7,160 bases of DNA from Fonticula alba ATCC 38817 (Eukaryota > Protista > Nucleariida), in NCBI GenBank assembly GCA_000388065.2, contig KB932211.1; one strand, given 5' to 3'. The notes beneath the pieces were generated by a model, which saw only the letters and a list, made by a program, of their open reading frames with translations, was not told the origin of the DNA and did no database searches. The translations under genes were made by a program, and so were the position numbers. This document shows, one piece after another, positions 1 to 5,974 of this stretch. Numbering within the stretch: the first letter of the stretch is position 1; each line of letters begins with the position of its first letter.

Positions 1-303
1 GTGCCCCTGGACCGGGGGCACTTCTTCCCGGCCGATGTGTACGCGGCATCGGTCATGCTCTACGAGTGTCTGACGCGCGCGGCCCCCTGGCCGGGGAAGA
101 ACATCGGCGAGATCATGGCCGCGGTGCTTGGTGGCTCTCGGCCGAGTGTGGCCCCCCTGCCGGGGGACGGCCCGCTGGCGGCGGCGCGCGACCTCGTCGA
201 GGCTGGCTGGCAGGCGGATCCCGGTCGGCGGCCGGGCACCGCGGCCTTCCGCCAGCGCTGTGCTGCTCTGTTTGTGGCGGCCGGCGGCCTGACTGCCCCG
301 TGA
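1..303 (+). CDS. 3' end (5'-truncated by window) of a protein kinase domain, C-lobe subdomains IX-XI, probably TKL or tyrosine-kinase-like
   Basis: Translation VPLDRGHFFPADVYAASVMLYECLTRAAPWPGKNIGEIMAAVLGGSRPSVAPLP...LVEAGWQADPGRRPGTAAFRQRCAALF. This matches the DVY/WxxGxxxxE...PW (IX), xxxVxxGxRP (X) and CW..DPxxRP (XI) pattern of TKL/TK kinases. Stop TGA at 301-303. The GTG 'start' at 1 is only the window edge. Confidence 0.9.
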   Translation: MPLDRGHFFPADVYAASVMLYECLTRAAPWPGKNIGEIMAAVLGGSRPSVAPLPGDGPLAAARDLVEAGWQADPGRRPGTAAFRQRCAALFVAAGGLTAP

Positions 304-1067
304 CCGGGACTCCCTTCGGGGGCGTGGGCCTCTTTTGGTGCCCCGACGGCCGGCACCCCGTTCACTAGAAAAGCCTCCTGACACAAGGACACTGTCTCGC
401 GTTGTCCCTCGGGCGACTCGCCGAGGGGGAGGAGGGGAAGGGGGTTGCGCACATCGGCCCGTGTCCGGCGCATGAGCATTCCTCTTGAGCGAGCAGGGCC
501 ATGGGCACCAGGCATGCGGGGTGGCCGTGCTGGCGCGGCAGTCGCACAGTCACGCGGCCTGCTGCACTGCCACTGGCGCTTGCAAGTGCGCTGCCTGGCC
601 GACAGGGACACCGGGGCGAGGGGGGAGGAGGGCTGTGCGGACCCGCCCGAGGGGGAGCTGGCGCGCGCCCAGCATGCACAGCTCCTGCGGGCCATTGGCC
701 AGGCGCGACCCGCGGGCCAGGTGTGATACGGGCCCCGGAGGATGGAGGGCCAGGCACAGAGGCACTTCGCCGGGCGCGAAGCACGCACCGAAGATTGGTC
801 ATCCCTGCCTCATAAGGTGCAGCTACCCCACTGGGTCGGCCAGCGCCCAGGTCAGATGGCACGGAGGAGCGGTGAAGGGCGCACTCGAGGCAATGCCAAT
901 AGGCCACGGGCCGGAGAGGGCGCGGAGGCCGGCCTGACCCCTTGCGCCGGTGCCAGAAGCGTGTGCTCCGCCGAAAGCCCCCATTGCCGGGGCGGATGCT
1001 GGCGTGCTGCTGAGGGCTTGGTTGATTTTGGAGATGTACCGCTCATCACATGGGCTCCATGAGGGAG

Positions 1068-1111
1068 CGCCGAGATAAGTGTCCCGGCACGTGCCGGGCA
1101 CTTGTCCGGCG
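1068..1111. repeat. Near-perfect palindrome centred on CACGTG
   Basis: Perfect 16-bp core CCCGGCAC|GTGCCGGG (1083-1098). It extends to 1068-1111 with two single-base bulges (T1082, A1073) and one T-G pair. Confidence 0.8.
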
Positions 1112-1277
1112 GCACGCCACTCTGTCCGCAGGGTGCTGTGTAGCAGCCAGAGAGGGCGAAGCAGGGCGGTCCGCTTGCCTGCGTCGCAGCGGCCCGACCA
1201 CTCGATCCAGGGGTTTCGGCGGCCCCCTGGGGTGGGTGAGGAGCGTGTTTGATGCATCGGGGTGCCCACTTCTTCCC

Positions 1278-1294
1278 GGGGGGGGGGGGGGGGG
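1278..1294 (+). repeat. G17 homopolymer
   Basis: 17 consecutive G, followed by CC and GGGGG (1297-1301). Confidence 0.95.
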
Positions 1295-1399
1295 CCGGGG
1301 GAAGTGGCCTGCTTCAAACACTCGGCAGCCATCGCGTCCAAGAATTGGTTTGTTAGTGTTTCAGGCGTGCGTGGCAGGGCGTCTGGGGCCGCCGCATGC

Positions 1400-1436
1400 A
1401 TGTATATGTATATGTATATATATATATGTGTGTGTG
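1400..1436. repeat. Compound microsatellite (ATGTAT)3(AT)5(GT)4G
   Basis: Read directly: atgtat atgtat atgtat atatatatat gtgtgtgtg. Confidence 0.95.
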
Positions 1437-1897
1437 AGCGTACAAGCGCACATTTACTCCCGTATCGTCCGCGTGCACATCCACAGTGTGCAGGTGTGTA
1501 TGTCCAGCCGGCCCCTATCCGACAAGGGGAGAGCGCCGACCGGGGACAGGGAGGACAGATGCGCACGGCCTCTCGCCGTCTCTCCCTCTCTCGCTCCCTC
1601 CGACCGCCAGACCCTGGCGTGGCCCTTGCGGCCTGGGCCGGAGAGCGAGCAGACACTCGGGGGCCGAAACCCGCAATCGACTGGGGTTGTCATCATTTGG
1701 GCCTGCCATGAGCTCAAGCCGGGCGCAGTGTGGCGTGCAACGCCAGGAGCCCTGAAACAAAAACACCTCCGCCGGAGTCGCCTCCGGGGCAAGGGCCCCC
1801 CGGCGGTCACTTGCATGCAATCACTTGGCCCCAGCCATAACCATAACGATTTTAATGAGCCCAGGTGGAAACCTGGCCCGGCCAGGCCGGGGCGCAT

Positions 1898-1912
1898 CCC
1901 CCCCCCCCCCCC
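1898..1912 (+). repeat. C15 homopolymer starting a pyrimidine-rich tract that extends to about 2022
   Basis: 15 consecutive C, followed by C/T-rich sequence (e.g. cctcccccctccccctcccctctc) ending about 20 nt before ATG 2043. Confidence 0.95.
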
Positions 1913-2042
1913 TCGCCGCCACCGCCGTCCTCTCCCCTCCTGCCGCCTCCCATCGCCTTGGACTTCATTCCGTCCCCTCCTTGCCTCCCCCCTCCCCCTC
2001 CCCTCTCGATCTCCTCCCCTCCGACGGCCAGCGACCACGGGC

Positions 2043-2117
2043 ATGGGCCGGCCAGCCCGGTGGCAAGCATGGGCCACGCTGGCCTTGCTGCTTGGCATGG
2101 TGGCCCGCGCGCTCGGT
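2043..2117 (+). other. Predicted signal peptide (about 25 aa)
   Basis: Basic n-region (MGRPAR), hydrophobic h-region (WATLALLLGMVA) and small residues at -3/-1 (A-L-G|Q). Judged by eye; no predictor was run. Confidence 0.75.
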
Positions 2118-3348
2118 CAGGATGTGTACTTCCACGCGGCCCCGTACTCGGTCCTGAGTCCGCCCCGGCCGATGAGCCTCATTGCTTCGAGCGGCCTCCT
2201 GCCGTCTGCTCTGTACCGTGTGAGTAACTCGCAATTCCGCCTTCACCGGGCGTCGCTCGTGGCAATCCACGCACCAGAGACTCGCTGGGGTCTTTTCCTC
2301 CTGGAGACAGCGGGCAATATCGACTCTGCCCGGCCAGACAACCCGGGAACCGCGGAGATCCTGGTGCCAAGCGCCCCGGCCCTCACGCCTCCTCTGCTGG
2401 TGGAGCACACCCCGGATGGGGTGGGATTTTTCCACCTGCCACAGCGCCATGCCTTTCCCCGGCCGGATGTCGAGCTGCTCGTGGGGATTGAGAGGCTGGC
2501 GATCGGTGTGGATCTCCTTGGTCTGGCTGGCGACCCGGGCCCGGGTCGCACCATTCTCTGGACATACCTGGGCCCCGACAAACTGACCATCCAGGGCCAC
2601 GATGGCCTGCCCATGACGGGTGCCGTGCTGGCGGCAGCCGGCTTCGGGCGGACCTTCTTCCTGGTCGATGACATCCGCCTCAGCAAGTTGAGTATCCTCC
2701 CAAGCGGGTCGCCCAGCTCACTGACGAGGGAGGCCCCGGGCCGGGTGGTCCAGCTCGAAGCCACGTTCCTCGGGTTTTGGCATGTCCAGGACTCGACCGA
2801 GGAGGATGTGGTGATGCTGCTGGATTCCGGGGATATTTGTCTGTACAATCGCTTCGGGGCCACCGACCAGGGGATGGTGGCGGCCGGCCGGTTGCCAGTC
2901 GGGGTGCCCCTGAGTGGGTCTCGGGTGCTGGTCGGCTCGGCCACCGCCAGCCAAACCTACGGCTCGCCGCTGTATGTGGTGTCACCGGGCGCGGCCGACC
3001 CCCGGGACCGGGTCTGGCGCCTGTCCCTCGAGACCGGTACCATCAAGTGGCAGCGGGTGGTCTTGCCTCCGGCGGTGACCGATGTGTCGGCGCTGCAGCT
3101 GCTGCTGTGGCCCTTTGGCAGCACATCCACCAAGTGGCATCTTGTTGATGGCCAACTTCGGGCTCTCTTTGATTCGGGGGATTTCCGCTGTGCCGATGAC
3201 CCGAGCATCGCGTGCGATCGGGAGGGCCAGGCTTCCGGTTCGTCGCTCGGGTGGGCTTGCGTTCCGGATCGCGTCGAAGCGCCGCTCGTCTCGTCGAAGC
3301 GCCTGTGCACCGGGTGTCCTGAGGGCTGGTACCTGGACCGTCCGCCTG
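2043..3348 (+). CDS. Exon 1 of a large secreted or cell-surface Cys-rich (furin-like repeat) protein: signal peptide, Cys-poor domain 1 and start of the first Cys-rich unit
   Basis: ATG 2043 lies in the frame of ORF 1050..3437 and begins MGRPARWQAWATLALLLGMVARALG/QDVYF. The translation is protein-like through ...CTGCPEGWYLDRPP-G, ending at the donor-like CTG|GTGCGT (3348/3349). The ORF upstream of 2043 translates homopolymers and a microsatellite and is not credible. Confidence 0.85.
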
Positions 3349-3399
3349 GTGCGTTTGGAGCGTCGCTCCTCCCTGTGCACGCTTCATCGGTGCATGGGT

Positions 3400-3542
3400 G
3401 GCTGACTGATCGGCGGGCTGCCCGGCCGGCTGACTGATCGACGGGCTGCCTGGCTGGCTGCCTGGCCGACGGGCTGCCTGGCTGGCTGACTGATCGGCGG
3501 GCTGCCCGCCCGGCTGACTGATCAACGGGCTGACTGATCGAC
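3400..3542 (+). repeat. Intronic minisatellite, unit about 28 nt with core GGCTGACTGATC
   Basis: GGCTGACTGATC starts at 3400, 3428, 3484, 3512 and 3528 (spacings 28, 56, 28, 16), interspersed with GGGCTGCC(C/T)G units. Confidence 0.9.
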
Positions 3543-3556
3543 CGATCAATTGACTT

Positions 3557-3592
3557 CCTGCCCGCCCGCCCGCCCGCCCGCCTGCCCGCCTG
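3557..3592 (+). repeat. (CCYG)9 tetranucleotide repeat near the intron 3' end
   Basis: cctg cccg cccg cccg cccg cccg cctg cccg cctg. Confidence 0.9.
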
Positions 3593-3599
3593 ACGGTAG

Positions 3600-5974
3600 G
3601 CGAGGCACCCTTTTCCCAGCCCGGACACGAGTGCCGGCCATGCGCGCAGGCCGGCTGCCGCACGTGCGACCAGGACCACTGTCTGGTGTGCGAGGACGGC
3701 CTGCTGCTCGAACCGAGCGGCCGGGCCGGCGGTACCGTCTGCGTGGCGTCCTGCTCGGCCGGCTTCCGGCCGGTGTCCGGCATGTGCACTCTGAGCGATG
3801 TTGCCCTGCCGGGGGTCGGCCTGACGGCGCCGCTGGCGGCCAGTCTCATGGCCGGGCTGGACCCCGGCGACCGGATCACCGCCATCGGCCAGACGTGGCT
3901 CTCGGTGGACGTGTCCTCCGGCGTGCCCATCCTGCCGGCCAGCGCCAGCGGCCCGGCCACGGGGGTGCTCCTTTTCACGGAGCACCTCAAGTCCTACCTC
4001 CTTCCGATCGAGGCCATCGGCAGCCCGGGCAGGTACGTGGCGAAGGAGATCCGCTTGTTTGCCTCGCCGCTTGTCGCTCCGGTGGTGGGGTTCGTCGAGA
4101 TCGGCCCCTTCCACGAGGCCGGAGGCCTGCTCTACATGCTGCAGGTGGTTGATCGAAACGGGAACGCCGGAGTGGCCGACCTGTATTGCCCAGGCATGGG
4201 GCCCTGCGAGTCGGCCCTGCTGTCTTCCCTGTATGGGATAGCGAGCAACTGCTCCAACATTGCGTGGCGCTTCGGTGAGCGGCACACTGCGACCGTCCGG
4301 TCTCCCGATGAGGTGATCATCTACGAGCACCACGACGAGCAGGGTTCCGGGAAGGTGTTTCATGTCGCGACCACCGGGCTGCAGGCCCTGTCTTGGGGGC
4401 CGGAGTCGGGACGCACCGACACGACGGGCCCCAACTGGATGGTAATGTCCTCGAAGGATGCCGGGCCGAGCGCCCTGCCGCAAGACATGGGCGATGCCTT
4501 TGGGGATGCTTGGCTGCCGCTGACGGGGCGCCTCTTGGCAGACCCGCCGGCAGTCAGTGGGCGCTTTGTGCCGGCACTGCTCGCCCGCGGGCCCGGGGCC
4601 CGGGTGTCGGAGGAGCTGTTCTTCACCAACACCGTCGGCACGGAGTGGCAAATCGTCCATGTGCCTGGGGACATGGTGCCGACCGGGCGATCCACCGGCC
4701 TGCCCTCCAGCCGGCAAGTCATCGGCACCTTCCCCCAGGCATTGGAGGTCCCGACCGGGGAGCACCACGATGTCCTGTTCCAGGCGGTGGCCCTGCCGGA
4801 CGGCGGCTCGCGGTACCCCAGTGCGCTGCTCCTGCTGTCGCGCACCTTTGTCGGGCTGTCGGTGCTTCACTGCCCGGGCGGGCCGGCCGGGGCGTGCGCC
4901 CTGCTGCCGGCGGTCTTCGCGGAGCTGCCGGTGGAGCTGCGGCCTCCGGCCGACACGGCCCTGTGGAGCCTGGCCGTGGTGCAGGCTGTGCCGGCCAGCG
5001 GTGGTACATCGGCGCTGTCGCTCGGCTCGGGGCAGCAGCTGAATTTCTTGATCCTCGTGCCGGCCACCGGGCCGGTGGTCTTTTCGCTGGTGCTGGGCTG
5101 CCCGGCCGGGACATATGGGCCCATGTGCGATGGGTGCCATCCCACATGCGCGGCCTGCGTGGGCCCCGAGGAGCCGGACCACTGCACGGCCTGCGTCCCC
5201 GGGAGGGCATGGCTCCATGGCCGGGCCTGCGTGAGTGAATGCCCGTTCGGCATGTGGCCCGATGTGTCGGAGTGCCGGGCCTGCCCGGCCGGCTGTGTGA
5301 CCTGCACCACGGCGGCCACCTGCACCGGCTGCGAGGCGGGGCGCTTCCTTTCGAGTGCGCACGCATGCGAGCCGTGCGACGGGTCGTGCGCCAGTTGCAC
5401 CGACGACCGGGGCTGTGATGCTTGCCGGCCGGGCTTGGTCTTTGCGAGTGTGGATGCCGAGATGCCCTCGCGCTGCACGTCGGCCTGCCCGCCGGGCGAG
5501 TATCTCGGGGATGGCCGGTGCGCCGTGTGCCATGTCTCGTGCGAGCTGTGCGCCGGTGGCGCGGCATCGTGCACGGTGTGCGCCGAAGGCTTCGGCTGGG
5601 CGAGCCCGCCGGGCCCCGGGAGCACGGGGGCCTGCGTCGCCTGCGACCCGGGGTGTGTGTCCTGCACGGCGGACCACTGTCTGGCCTGCGGGCCGGGGCT
5701 ACTGCTGACACACGGTGGCACATGCGTGGCCTCCTGCCCGGCTGGGTGGTGGCCCGACGGCGAGTCGTGCCAGCCGTGCGATGTCAGCTGCAGCACTTGC
5801 ATCGGCGGGGGGAGTGCCCAATGCACCGGCTGCTCTCCGGGGTTGGAGCTGATGGAGAGCGGCGATCTGGCGGGCTTCTGTGCCTCCGGTTGCGCGGAGG
5901 GCGAGTACTGGGACACGGTGTCCATGATGTGCCGTGGCTGCGATGCGGCGTGCGCCACGTGCAACGGCCCGACC
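3600..5974 (+). CDS. Exon 2, first part: rest of the first FU unit, Cys-poor domain 2 (about 3788-5098), then FU-type repeats up to the frameshift
   Basis: Frame of ORF 3686..7090, which is open upstream to 3554. It reads GHECRPCAQAGCRTCDQDHCLVCEDG...CVASCSAGF, then a long globular-looking segment, then CPAGTYGPMCDGCHPTCAAC... to ...CDAACATCNGPT. Confidence 0.85.

Larger units (their letters stand above)
3349..3599 (+). other. Spliceosomal GT-AG intron, 251 nt, phase 1 (best model)
   Basis: Donor G|GTGCGT at 3349 and acceptor TAG|G at 3597-3599. Splicing gives ...CPEGWYLDRPP-G-EAPFSQPGHECRPCAQAGCRTCDQDHCLVC..., restoring one continuous FU-type repeat across a frame change. The interval is low-complexity repeat with stops in both flanking frames (TGA 3435-3437, TGA 3551-3553). 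The exact boundaries are uncertain (see findings). Confidence 0.7.

Noticed and set aside
365-1115. Possible small gene or gene relic between the two genes (ORFs 445..726 and 742..1062 on +, 365..907 on -)
   Set aside because: The two + ORFs share a frame separated by one TGA and have fairly GC-rich third positions, but no frame yields a recognisable domain or protein-like composition. A decayed relic cannot be excluded without a tBLASTx search.
1861-1876. CCAGGT-GGAA-ACCTGG hairpin with a GNRA loop, plus nearby TTGCATGCAA palindrome (1811-1820) and CCATAA x2 (1835-1846)
   Set aside because: All are too short to distinguish from chance, and there is no surrounding ncRNA fold or tRNA/rRNA signature.
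1050-2042. N-terminal 331 aa of ORF 1050..3437
   Set aside because: It translates G17, C15 and the microsatellite (GGGGGG, CICICIYIYVCV, PPPPP). The signal peptide at 2043 marks the credible start.
2220-2225. Consensus donor-like GTGAGT within exon 1
   Set aside because: The frame stays open and protein-like through it, and no intron-like sequence follows.
3400-3542. CRISPR-like array
   Set aside because: Units abut or are separated by degenerate copies of themselves, with no unique spacers and no cas genes. The context is a eukaryotic intron.
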